Source: a virus
Lineage: Duplodnaviria > Caudoviricetes
Direction: 5' to 3' (one strand)
Virus record (IMG/VR): IMGVR_UViG_3300030372_002232
Coordinates: 1 to 30,068 of that record
DNA length: 30,068 nucleotides
Numbering within the stretch: the first letter of the stretch is position 1; every line of letters starts with the position of its first letter. Both the position numbers and the translations under genes were made by a program. The notes under the pieces are model-generated. The model was given only the letters and a program-made list of their open reading frames with translations. It did not search any database and had not been told where the DNA came from. This document shows positions 1 through 7,855 of the stretch, one piece after another.

Positions 1-401
1 TGTGTCTGAGCAGGCTGCTGTATAGGAGAAGATGCTTCTTTAATACGTGCTTCTAACTCTTGCATTTTTGCTACGTTCTGCCTGTTTAATTCTTCGTATG
101 CTGGCGGCATTGGCGGCATCTGAGCAGGAGCTGGTGGCTGCTGAATAGGGATCTGTGCAGTTAACTGAGCAGCCATTGTTGTTAGCTCTGACTGAACTTG
201 CTGAGCTACTAAAGGAGGAACTTTATTAATGACATCTTGTACTTCAGTTCTAGAAATGTAATCAGGTAAAACCTTCTCAACTTTCTCTATCCTTCTAGCT
301 AGTTCTGGATCTTGCGTTGATCCTTTAAGACCGATCGTGACGAATTGACCTGTTGCTAAGCCAACAACAACCGCTGCCGCACTGGCAATGAGTACTTCCA
401 T
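1..401 (-). CDS. Hypothetical protein, N-terminal membrane anchor, Pro/Gln-rich (runs off the left end)
   Basis: Read manually from ATG at 401: MEVLIASAAAVVVGLATGQFVTIGLKGSTQDPELARRIEKVEKVLPDY...; open to the window edge, so absent from the ORF track. Confidence 0.75.
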   Translation of the reverse strand, partial: MEVLIASAAAVVVGLATGQFVTIGLKGSTQDPELARRIEKVEKVLPDYISRTEVQDVINKVPPLVAQQVQSELTTMAAQLTAQIPIQQPPAPAQMPPMPPAYEELNRQNVAKMQELEARIKEASSPIQQPAQT

Positions 402-451
402 AAACTATGTCTTGCAGAATGTAATCTAATTGATACGCGCTCAAACTGCCA

Positions 452-784
452 CTATTCGTCGTTTCCTAGGACAATCGCATCCATGTCTAACTCAAAGTTG
501 GTCGAATCAATGATGTCCTGCAATGATTCTTCCTCTTCTTCACAGAAAGCCAAATCAGTATCATTCTCTTCCATTATTCTTGACGGCAAGGAAGCTGTTC
601 CTTCTGTAAATTTAAAAGCAAAACCAGCGTCCTTACTAGCCATAAGAAAGACTTGCTTCTGTGTGAATCTCCCCTCCCAGCAATCTAGTAATGCTGCGAT
701 CAAGTCTTCCCTCGAGTAGTCCCTGATCTCGATTGCAATCTTTTGAAGCAGATATGCTTGCTCCATCGTTAGATCTGGGTTCAT
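452..784 (-). CDS. nblA: NblA-like (phycobilisome degradation adaptor-like) protein with acidic C-terminal tail, 110 aa
   Basis: ATG at 784 has AGGAG (794-798) upstream. DLTMEQAYLLQKIAIEIRDYSREDLIAALLDCW resembles the NblA pattern L(S/T)(L/M)EQxF...S.E(Q/D)(A/L)...L. Confidence 0.55.
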   Translation of the reverse strand: MNPDLTMEQAYLLQKIAIEIRDYSREDLIAALLDCWEGRFTQKQVFLMASKDAGFAFKFTEGTASLPSRIMEENDTDLAFCEEEEESLQDIIDSTNFELDMDAIVLGNDE

Positions 785-1169
785 AATGAATCGCTCCTGA
801 TAAACACCATAGATCAAATAGATCGTTATTCAGAGGTGTAACCCATTCCTTAATTCTGTCTGCTTTTTCCGAGCAATAAAATGTTTGCTCTTTATACCAG
901 ACCAACCAATCACGCTGAGAACCTTTTGCCGAATTACATGGTAGACATGCTGGCACTAGATTAGTGCGAAGACTGCTACCACCAAAAGCTTTCGGTTTTA
1001 AATGATCAATCGTTAAGTGAATTTTAGCCCCTTTACTATCTACCCCGTTTCCGCAATAAGCACAACAGCCCCATTCATCTTTGATTGACTGTCTAAAACG
1101 TCTCAAAGCAGCACCTTTGGAGATCTCTACTAACCCGAAACGGTAGCTCTCCCAACGATCTGGTATCAA
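636..1169 (-). CDS. HNH endonuclease
   Basis: CAYCG...LTIDHLKPKAFGG...NLVPACLPCNSAKG: CxxC plus H-N-N and CxxC motifs of McrA-like HNH nucleases. Confidence 0.9.
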   Translation of the reverse strand: MIPDRWESYRFGLVEISKGAALRRFRQSIKDEWGCCAYCGNGVDSKGAKIHLTIDHLKPKAFGGSSLRTNLVPACLPCNSAKGSQRDWLVWYKEQTFYCSEKADRIKEWVTPLNNDLFDLWCLSGAIHYEPRSNDGASISASKDCNRDQGLLEGRLDRSITRLLGGEIHTEASLSYG

Positions 1170-1269
1170 AGAAAATATTCAGTTGATTCAACAATAACTA
1201 GTTTTATACGTCTACTAATCGAGTTTAGATTTCAAAACACCTACAATTAAAAGTATCGCTCTAAATAGC

Positions 1270-1500
1270 ATGAAGGTTTTAAAGATCGTTGCTATCACTA
1301 GTATCGCCTTTAATATCTCAATTATCGGTGGAACTATTGGTGCATATTTCTACGTCCAAACACCAGCCGTTCAAGAGAAAATAAAGAAAGCATTAATCAA
1401 GAAGCTTGCACCTAATATCCAGAGTCAAATAGGCAAATCAATGCCAGCAATACCAGAGATTCCTGACTTTACTGGAGGAGCAGTTCCGCTTAAGTTCTAG
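1270..1500 (+). CDS. Small membrane-anchored cyanophage hypothetical protein
   Basis: N-terminal hydrophobic helix; C-terminal MPAIPEIPDFTGGAVP motif like recalled cyanophage proteins; TACAAT upstream at ~1242. Confidence 0.75.
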   Translation: MKVLKIVAITSIAFNISIIGGTIGAYFYVQTPAVQEKIKKALIKKLAPNIQSQIGKSMPAIPEIPDFTGGAVPLKF

Positions 1501-1502
1501 TC

Positions 1503-2291
1503 GTGTCGAAGATACGAGAGATCAAGATTAGAGAGATTGACGTACCTGAAATACCTAATTGGGCAATAGCTATACCAGAGAGCATTCCTGTCTTCTCTCC
1601 TATCACTCAGCAAATCATCACAGGACAGATAGGTTTTCCTGTGATGGACGTTCCAGGGTGCGTAGAGGCCAGAGAGACAGCTAATAACGACAATCTGGTA
1701 ATCGATGCAGAAAATACAAATCTATTGGTCTGTGACCCCGGTCAGCAGCCATCGTTTAACGCGATGGACTACAACCCTGACAGCACTCCACCGATTGCTA
1801 AGAGTGTGATGTTGCCGCCCCCTTTGGATCAACCGAAATCAGAGAGTAAATCAACTAATAACAATAATATTTCTGATGGTGCAATCGATCCCACTGGAGG
1901 ACCGCAATTACCAGCACCTAGAACACCTGACCCATGTCCCAGGCCAGATGATCCGCCCATAGGAAGTAAGGGCAAGTTTGGTACAGCTCGTGTCGAATCC
2001 TATTACCGAGATGCTTCGGGAGAATGCAAAATTAAATGGACCGCAGAGAAGCCGCAGGACGTTGCTTTTACATATTTACCTCCTCCTCCCGTCGCTCTTA
2101 CGACAGCAGCAATAGCGGCCACAGCAGTAACCAGTTCAGTCTTAATTAAGCCCCTATCGGATGCTCTGCTTAAGATCGTCAAACCGATTACGAAAAAGGT
2201 TGTTAAGAAGGTACTTAGTCGTCTAGGGAAGAAGCCCAAGGTGCTTTCCGTTCGTGAACGCCGATTAGAGCAGAAGGCTCTGAAGAAATAG
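1503..2291 (+). CDS. Cyanophage hypothetical protein, Pro-rich, C-terminal hydrophobic then basic segment
   Basis: 262-aa ORF starting 2 nt after the previous stop; DVPGCV..CDPG..PSF..DY motif; TAAIAATAVTSSVL then a Lys/Arg-rich tail. Confidence 0.8.
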   Translation: MSKIREIKIREIDVPEIPNWAIAIPESIPVFSPITQQIITGQIGFPVMDVPGCVEARETANNDNLVIDAENTNLLVCDPGQQPSFNAMDYNPDSTPPIAKSVMLPPPLDQPKSESKSTNNNNISDGAIDPTGGPQLPAPRTPDPCPRPDDPPIGSKGKFGTARVESYYRDASGECKIKWTAEKPQDVAFTYLPPPPVALTTAAIAATAVTSSVLIKPLSDALLKIVKPITKKVVKKVLSRLGKKPKVLSVRERRLEQKALKK

Positions 2292-3177
2292 ATGCGTCTT
2301 GTTGTACTTCTGTATCTGTGCTGTCTGATTGGATTTGTTCTTGTTCTTCTGTGGCTATTACTTTTGTGACGTTGATCTTATGAGAATGATCTGGTACTGA
2401 AGAAGGATAATTAGCAACTTCAATATCTCCGCATACAGGAAAATATTTAGAGGTCTTAGAATAAAATATCCCACTCTGTTTCAGAGTTCCACAGTGTTTA
2501 AGTCTTGAAATTTCGTAGTCAAGTACCTTTAAATTTAACTCAGCTCTACGAAGCGCAATCTCTGTACTGGCTGCTTCTTTGCACAGTCCTTGTAGCTTTG
2601 AATCTAAGGGCTTAGACCATTGAATCGTTAAGCCATAATTGAGTCCATGATTATCTTTTTGTTGAGTAAGTACATTTTTCTCGAATAAGACATTACCCGG
2701 ATTATCTGGAGCACCGTCACCATCAATGTCACGCATGTCATAGACAGGCTCTTTATATGAAGTGACATATGGTCTTTTAATGTTATGGCTTAATCCCACG
2801 TAGGGAGACAATGTCATCGTTTCTGCTTGACATACAACGCCATTTTGTCCGAATGTCGAGTTAATAAAATTTCCAGTCAAGACCTGATAGGCGTTCACGG
2901 TCGCTGAACCACTGGAGTTTGCGACTGGATTGGAGGTAGCAGACACTCCTCCTACATCGGCTAATGCATTGGCTGGTATTAGAAATAAGCTAAGAAGTCC
3001 TGCGGCTACTGGCTGAAGACGCTTGAACTCACAATCGTTGTTTCTATTTCTTGTGTGCGAGTTATGGTGGTGCGATTTCGGAGTGATGGTCCTTGATAAC
3101 TCTGCGTCATAGTGAAGGTTCCTCCTGGCGTTGTTAATGACCAGTTTGGAGCGGTATTTAAATCTAACCCTGTCCAT
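2215..3177 (-). CDS. Putative exported cyanophage protein (start uncertain)
   Basis: Signal-peptide-like KRLQPVAAGLLSLFLIPANALA followed by DVGGVSATSNPVANSSGS. The only canonical start is 172 nt inside the upstream gene. Confidence 0.75.
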   Translation of the reverse strand: MDRVRFKYRSKLVINNARRNLHYDAELSRTITPKSHHHNSHTRNRNNDCEFKRLQPVAAGLLSLFLIPANALADVGGVSATSNPVANSSGSATVNAYQVLTGNFINSTFGQNGVVCQAETMTLSPYVGLSHNIKRPYVTSYKEPVYDMRDIDGDGAPDNPGNVLFEKNVLTQQKDNHGLNYGLTIQWSKPLDSKLQGLCKEAASTEIALRRAELNLKVLDYEISRLKHCGTLKQSGIFYSKTSKYFPVCGDIEVANYPSSVPDHSHKINVTKVIATEEQEQIQSDSTDTEVQQDASISSEPSALIGVHERKAPWASSLDD

Positions 3178-3446
3178 GTGGTTGTACCACCTGAAGTCGT
3201 CGTATGATTAATTGTAGTTAAACCCGTAGGATTTATGTGACCAGTGCTTGGTTTTATTCCTGTACCAGAGACACTGTATACATAGCCAGAATTATAATCT
3301 TCTGACACTATCACCTCTGATATGACTTGACGTTGAGTTGTCGTTGAGTCGAGTTTTCCGCTCGTATAATTTGGGACTACAGGCACACTATGACTAGGAT
3401 CTGCCCAGCTAAGCAATAAAAATATTAAACCAACTAAACGTCTCAC
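3006..3446 (-). CDS. Putative exported Thr/Ser-rich protein
   Basis: Signal peptide MRRLVGLIFLLLSWADPSHS, then VPVVPNYTSG; beta-rich composition. Confidence 0.8.
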   Translation of the reverse strand: MRRLVGLIFLLLSWADPSHSVPVVPNYTSGKLDSTTTQRQVISEVIVSEDYNSGYVYSVSGTGIKPSTGHINPTGLTTINHTTTSGGTTTWTGLDLNTAPNWSLTTPGGTFTMTQSYQGPSLRNRTTITRTQEIETTIVSSSVFSQ

Positions 3447-3447
3447 C

Positions 3448-3975
3448 TTAGCGTATGGTTAGCTCTTGAACGTGTTGAGCAATAGCCGTTGTGCCAGCAC
3501 CACCACCCACGATCGCCGTCGTACCGCCCCCAACACTAGTCAAAGTTCCAGCCAACGTCGATTTAGTCCCACCAGCAAATGTCGTAGTCTGACCATATGA
3601 AGGAATGGACTGCACCTGTCCTGTTGTCGTACTAACAGTTGAACCTGCATTCAAAGTAGCTATAGGATCACCCTGTAAATATGAATTACTAAAACTGAAA
3701 CTTTGCCCGGCTGTATGGATATTATAATTTCCCATAATCCCAGTCGGGGCAGCAGTTGCAGAGCCAACAGTTAGACCTGAAAAGGTATCATTATTTCCTG
3801 AACCCACTGCAATATTACTTCCACTTACCGATATGGTTGACGGCACCCGTGTTGCAACTGAGCTAGCCCCATCAACAGTTAATTGAATACTCGATTGAAT
3901 CCGATGATGAACTTCTGAGTAAGCAGGTCCACATAGCGACAACAACCCAATTAAAACAGCGAACCGTTTCATCAC
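3448..3975 (-). CDS. Putative exported Gly/Ser/Thr-rich protein
   Basis: Signal peptide MKRFAVLIGLLSLCGPAYS; tightly coupled to the next gene. Confidence 0.8.
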   Translation of the reverse strand: MMKRFAVLIGLLSLCGPAYSEVHHRIQSSIQLTVDGASSVATRVPSTISVSGSNIAVGSGNNDTFSGLTVGSATAAPTGIMGNYNIHTAGQSFSFSNSYLQGDPIATLNAGSTVSTTTGQVQSIPSYGQTTTFAGGTKSTLAGTLTSVGGGTTAIVGGGAGTTAIAQHVQELTIR

Positions 3976-4028
3976 CTTAAAAATAACTCTCCCCTACACT
4001 GTAGAGAAAAATAATTATCGAGAATTTT

Positions 4029-4238
4029 TTAGAGGTACGCTTTGCTGATATTTGTAGCAAAGCCTACAACTGTGGTTCCCGCAGCAATAACAGCAGCAGC
4101 TCCAATCACCCACTTCTCTACTACCTTTAGCCTCTCTCTAAGATCTGCTTGTTTTTCCTCCAGACGCTCTATCTTCAACTGCATCACTGTGATCTTGACC
4201 TCTTGGGAAGCATCAAGATTTATTCCAGAGTCAGACAT
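4029..4238 (-). CDS. Small coiled-coil plus C-terminal TM protein (XhlA/holin-like architecture)
   Basis: Heptad KIERLEEKQADLRERLKVVEK followed by hydrophobic WVIGAAAVIAAGTTVVGF; start overlaps the upstream stop. Confidence 0.7.
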   Translation of the reverse strand: MSDSGINLDASQEVKITVMQLKIERLEEKQADLRERLKVVEKWVIGAAAVIAAGTTVVGFATNISKAYL

Positions 4239-4714
4239 TAACTATCCTTTGTTGGCTTCTCTGATTTTACTAATTCTGCACCAACAATTTGGATCGGTGT
4301 CTGGACACGAATAACTTGCTCGTTACTGTTTTGTAAGGCAAGGATCTTTAATAATTTTTCCTCTGTTAAGCCTCCACTATTGCTACTTCCGTTCTTCTTT
4401 TGACCAGCACTTATGCCATATCCTGCGAGAATACTACCGAGCAAGCTGGCAGGAAAAGTTGGATCAATATTTCCTTGCTCTGGGATTGGAATAATTGTCG
4501 TCCCAAACGTCAATTTTTCAGGTAGACGTACGTATGAAAGTGTCAACATTGTGATCGACCACCCAAGCACACCAACTTTTATGCCATTTGCGAGAAGCTC
4601 TTGCCATAAAGGTTCGTCTTCTTCCTCTTTCTTTTTCTTCTTAGCTTTAGCAGCTTCTGCCTTTTTCTTTTCCTCTGCGGATAGCTCCTTCTTCTTTTCT
4701 TCGACTTCGGCCAT
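4238..4714 (-). CDS. Two-TM membrane protein with charged N-terminus
   Basis: Lys/Glu-rich N-terminus; hydrophobic segments VGVLGWSITMLTLSY and IDPTFPASLLGSILAGYGI. Confidence 0.78.
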   Translation of the reverse strand: MAEVEEKKKELSAEEKKKAEAAKAKKKKKEEEDEPLWQELLANGIKVGVLGWSITMLTLSYVRLPEKLTFGTTIIPIPEQGNIDPTFPASLLGSILAGYGISAGQKKNGSSNSGGLTEEKLLKILALQNSNEQVIRVQTPIQIVGAELVKSEKPTKDS

Positions 4715-4798
4715 TTTCTAGTAGCAACTTACTTATATATTAAGAAAGTTGCATTATGCAAGATAAAGCATACACTAGATGAACCAAGCATAAGGTCG

Positions 4799-5032
4799 AT
4801 GGTCGTTAGAACTTTAGAACCGTGGGTATCAAAGACTGAACTTTGCAAGTACTTAAACATCAATAGATGGCACTTAGAAAGCTTGTATCCAATTTTTAGC
4901 GAAGGCATTCATTACCGATACAAGAATCCACTCAAGAAAACCAGCAACAAAGTCTGGAAAGCCACCAAAGTAGAGCAGCTCCTCTGCGATAACTCTTCGG
5001 CATTAGCAAGAAGACTGAAGAGGGTTAAATGA
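4799..5032 (+). CDS. Small winged-HTH DNA-binding protein, candidate excisionase/recombination directionality factor
   Basis: WVSKTELCKYLNINRWHL (HTH) plus EGIHYR...W wing pattern, typical of MerR/Xis-like proteins; basic, 77 aa, about 1 kb from the integrase. Confidence 0.6.
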   Translation: MVVRTLEPWVSKTELCKYLNINRWHLESLYPIFSEGIHYRYKNPLKKTSNKVWKATKVEQLLCDNSSALARRLKRVK

Positions 5033-5196
5033 CCAGCTCAAACTTCGCAGACCACAAGGAAGGCAGTAAGAGGAAAATGCAATTCTCGAAGTCAGGAATC
5101 CCTCTTCACCAGTTAGACGACATTCAATACATGGAATTTGCAATGGAATTCCCAGATGAGATCGTAGACCCAGAGGATGACAATGGAACTGCATGA
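5029..5196 (+). CDS. Small hypothetical protein, 55 aa
   Basis: Read manually: MTSSNFADHKEGSKRKMQFSKSGIPLHQLDDIQYMEFAMEFPDEIVDPEDDNGTA; ATGA overlap with the preceding gene and fills the gap. Confidence 0.55.
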   Translation: MTSSNFADHKEGSKRKMQFSKSGIPLHQLDDIQYMEFAMEFPDEIVDPEDDNGTA

Positions 5197-5422
5197 AGAA
5201 TTTAAATTTTGGACGTTGATTAAGAAAGCAGAAGCAATCAAAGCAACAATCCGAAATCAAACTAATCCTGTGTTGCAGTTCTTTTTCAAGCTGTTCCTCT
5301 ATCACAGCTTTATGAAGACAGCTCAAGAAATCCAAGACACGTTCTGGTGCGGAGAGGAAGTATCCCTCTCAAAAATTGATCAATTACCCTCGTTCATACG
5401 AAGGGATTATTTCTTTCACTAA
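5177..5422 (+). CDS. Hypothetical protein
   Basis: 81-aa ORF in an operon-like run; the true start may be ATG 5183, after GAGG. Confidence 0.55.
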   Translation: MTMELHEEFKFWTLIKKAEAIKATIRNQTNPVLQFFFKLFLYHSFMKTAQEIQDTFWCGEEVSLSKIDQLPSFIRRDYFFH

Positions 5423-5431
5423 TTATTTGCG

Positions 5432-5680
5432 ATGCCAAATCACGAAATTAAAATCACCATTAGCCCAGATGGAAATGTAAAAGAGGAAGTTCTTGGAGCA
5501 TCTGGTCATGTTTGCCAACGAATTACTCAACCAATCGAACAGGCATTGGGAGAAGTCGTAGACCATAAGCACAGTGCTGCTTTTTTTATTACTGATTCAA
5601 ATCCGAATGAAGAGAGGATTCAGTTATTAGAAGAGCAAGACTGGAGAGGTTGCTGCGGAACTTTTAATTGTGCCCTCTAG
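5432..5680 (+). CDS. DUF2997 family protein
   Basis: IKITISPDGNVKEEVLGASGHVCQRITQPIEQALGEV...AFF matches the cyanobacterial DUF2997 pattern (I.PDG.V.E.V.G..G..C...T..IE.ALG). Confidence 0.8.
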   Translation: MPNHEIKITISPDGNVKEEVLGASGHVCQRITQPIEQALGEVVDHKHSAAFFITDSNPNEERIQLLEEQDWRGCCGTFNCAL

Positions 5681-5861
5681 GGATCTGTAATTTAACTTCA
5701 ATTGTTCTGGCTTCGTGATCAATTTCGCCGTGAGAGATTGTTTCTATTTTGATGCCAGCAAGATTAAGTCCTTCGAGGTAAGTCTTTGTCTCTCCCTCGA
5801 ATCTGATGACATCTAGCTGGTCATACATCTCATCTACCATGAGATCTTGCATTTGCCGCAT
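5664..5861 (-). CDS. Hypothetical protein
   Basis: 65-aa ORF downstream of the integrase with plausible composition. Confidence 0.5.
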   Translation of the reverse strand: MRQMQDLMVDEMYDQLDVIRFEGETKTYLEGLNLAGIKIETISHGEIDHEARTIEVKLQIPRGHN

Positions 5862-5966
5862 TGGTTTGCTTTTCGTAATGCTGCGAGAAGAATAGCGTCA
5901 ATCTGTGACAAAATGTACAATTTCAACACCATCTGTGGTGTCTGATAGAAATTTGAGTACATATAC

Positions 5967-7211
5967 TTAGTACGGATGTTTAAATCCATCGATCAATCTT
6001 CTTCTCTGTTTGTCTCCGTCTATCCATAGTTGATAATTCCTACGATGGACTTCTAAAGAGTGCCCCATTGCTTTTGCAGTTTCTTCTTCACTTACATGTG
6101 ACCAATTAGGATCTGATGCCATCGTGACAGCATATGTATGTCGTAAATCATATGGAATTGCAGCTATTTTGTGACTTTTCCGCTTTGGATTATCTCCAAG
6201 CAATGGTGGCATTGATCCTTTAGATCCAATCGTGTGATCTGTGATGTATGCACCTAAAACTTTGTTGTTATAGCAAAGTCCTCGGTCATCTTTATGCGAC
6301 AGGGTAATTCTTTGACTTACGTCTTCAGGATCGCGAATATCTGGCTTGCTATTTCGATTAAGCCTTTCCTGATGTTTTTTGAAATTATCAAATAAATGAT
6401 ATCTATCTAACCAGCTTTGATATAAAGGCCAGACGGCATGATCATCAATTGACTTAGTTAAACCCCATGGAACAAGAATAAACCCGTTATCTAATTTCTG
6501 AATATGCCAAAGCTCATGGTTTCTTAGCCCATAGCAAAGCATCATCGCGAGGCACCAGACTCCTAATGGATATTGACCTATGTTTTCATCAAAGTATTTT
6601 TCTGCGGTTTCTTTAGGAATAATCGCCCTCACTTTCGCACCTTCTTGCTTAGAAGATCTATTCCTAGGTTTCATTGAATTATGGTTTTCTCTTTCTCGTT
6701 CTAATAATTGCTTCTGCAACCAATGAGGATCTTCTCCATCTCGTAAGAAAAAAGCTTTTCGTATTTGAGATAAAGAATCTAATTTATTTCTAAAACCACT
6801 ATCTCCATATTGGTGATCACGATGCAACCAATCTTTAATTGAACCCCAAGTTAATTTAGGATTTATTTTTTCTAATGAGTTTAGATGCGATTTAGCATTA
6901 GCGTTAGAAGATCCTTTATTTGATTTTTCTAGATAATCCAAAATAAATTTTTTAATTTCTGACCAATTCGAATCTTCTTTAATATTTTTATACCAATTGT
7001 CTTCTCCTTTGTTTTGGACATCTGCCCATGCTTGTTTGCAATCTTGCTTACTATGTTTCGTTAATGGAGTAAGCGAATATGTTTTGTTTTTATCATCTCT
7101 ATCTCTGACATAAATAAAATCTCTATCTTTCTTCTCAAATAATTTCCATCTGTAATCGTGTGTTTTCTGGAGATCAACATACGATTGCAGCTCGCAGCTT
7201 GATCTACTCAT
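5967..7211 (-). CDS. int: Tyrosine recombinase / phage integrase, cyanobacterial type
   Basis: Catalytic motifs YGLRNHE (R), TK (K), YDLRHTYA, MGHS..VHRRNY (H, Y); AGGAGG at 7221-7226; adjacent to the tRNA fragment. Confidence 0.93.
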   Translation of the reverse strand: MSRSSCELQSYVDLQKTHDYRWKLFEKKDRDFIYVRDRDDKNKTYSLTPLTKHSKQDCKQAWADVQNKGEDNWYKNIKEDSNWSEIKKFILDYLEKSNKGSSNANAKSHLNSLEKINPKLTWGSIKDWLHRDHQYGDSGFRNKLDSLSQIRKAFFLRDGEDPHWLQKQLLERERENHNSMKPRNRSSKQEGAKVRAIIPKETAEKYFDENIGQYPLGVWCLAMMLCYGLRNHELWHIQKLDNGFILVPWGLTKSIDDHAVWPLYQSWLDRYHLFDNFKKHQERLNRNSKPDIRDPEDVSQRITLSHKDDRGLCYNNKVLGAYITDHTIGSKGSMPPLLGDNPKRKSHKIAAIPYDLRHTYAVTMASDPNWSHVSEEETAKAMGHSLEVHRRNYQLWIDGDKQRRRLIDGFKHPY

Positions 7212-7459
7212 GGTTTATGACCTCCTGTATTTAGCCCGAAGAAATAAAATGGAGTAGAAAGGTAGAAAATTCTGTAGTTGATACAGTCCGAAGTGAGTAG
7301 AAATGGGTAGAAAGTGGAGTAGAAACACCTCAAAAACGACCTAAATTTTCTACTCAGAGACGATTTGGAGTAGAAAAAATCGCCAATATTCACTGCCAAT
7401 AACGAAGAAAAACAAGCCACTGTAGAACAAATTTTCCGCTGAGATCCCTTTATAGCACT

Positions 7460-7486
7460 AAAAAAGCCCAGTGTCTAGCTGGGCTT
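7460..7486 (-). terminator. Rho-independent terminator downstream of the tRNA fragment
   Basis: Minus strand AAGCCCAG-CTAGACA-CTGGGCTT followed by a T-run, starting about 10 nt after the tRNA 3' end. Confidence 0.8.
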
Positions 7487-7495
7487 AGTATTAAA

Positions 7496-7537
7496 TGGCG
7501 GGGGCAAGATTTGAACTTGCGACCTTCGGGTTATGAG
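7496..7537 (-). other. attP core: 3' half (42 nt) of initiator tRNA-Met(CAT), not a complete tRNA
   Basis: Minus strand CTCATAA CCCGA AGGTC GCAAG-TTCAAAT-CTTGC CCCCGCC A = anticodon loop, 3' anticodon stem, variable loop, T-arm and 3' acceptor strand. Similarity stops at the anticodon loop; no D-arm or 5' strand. Confidence 0.9.
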
Positions 7538-7687
7538 GGCGGCCTCGAGTAGCCACTTCCATTGGTATGACTAGGCTCAAAAAGTCTCGGAGTAGACACG
7601 GAGTAGATTGTTTCAAAGTGCGACCTTCGGGTGATCAGCCCTACCATTAACCCCACCTTATCCAGCTTTTTAAATTAATCAACCCGA

Positions 7688-7855
7688 CTAGGTTGGATAC
7701 CAAGCAGGCTGAAGAGTGCCTCGATCGTCATCATCGTCATCATCTTCTCTGGTGTCGTAACCAAGAATAAAAGTGACGATTGCCACGCATATCAAAGGAA
7801 TAAACGGGAACAATACGGCTAATTGAAAAGCCTCTGGATCGCTGAAAAAGTTCAT
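7688..7855 (-). CDS. Small membrane protein with poly-Asp tract, 55 aa
   Basis: Read manually: MNFFSDPEAFQLAVLFPFIPLICVAIVTFILGYDTREDDDDDDDRGTLQPAWYPT. The TM + DDDD-G..xP.Y layout resembles small proteins of marine picocyanobacteria. Confidence 0.7.
   Translation of the reverse strand: MNFFSDPEAFQLAVLFPFIPLICVAIVTFILGYDTREDDDDDDDRGTLQPAWYPT

Larger units (their letters stand above)
7251..7608. repeat. Cluster of G(A/G)GTAGA(AA) repeats, putative integrase arm-type sites of attP
   Basis: Copies at about 7252, 7261, 7295, 7305, 7317 and 7368, an inverted copy at 7347-7355, and right-arm copies at 7589 and 7600; they flank the att core on both sides. Confidence 0.75.

Noticed and set aside
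5904-5919. NtcA-like box TGTGACAAAATGTACA
   Set aside because: One mismatch to GTA-N8-TAC and a single occurrence in AT-rich DNA; not distinguishable from chance.
7208-7420. 70-aa ORF or CRISPR-like array
   Set aside because: The ORF is the translation of the short arm repeats; repeats are 7-10 bp, irregularly spaced, with no spacer structure or cas genes.
7496-7570. Complete phage tRNA-Met gene
   Set aside because: The sequence 5' of the anticodon loop cannot form the anticodon stem, D-arm or acceptor stem.
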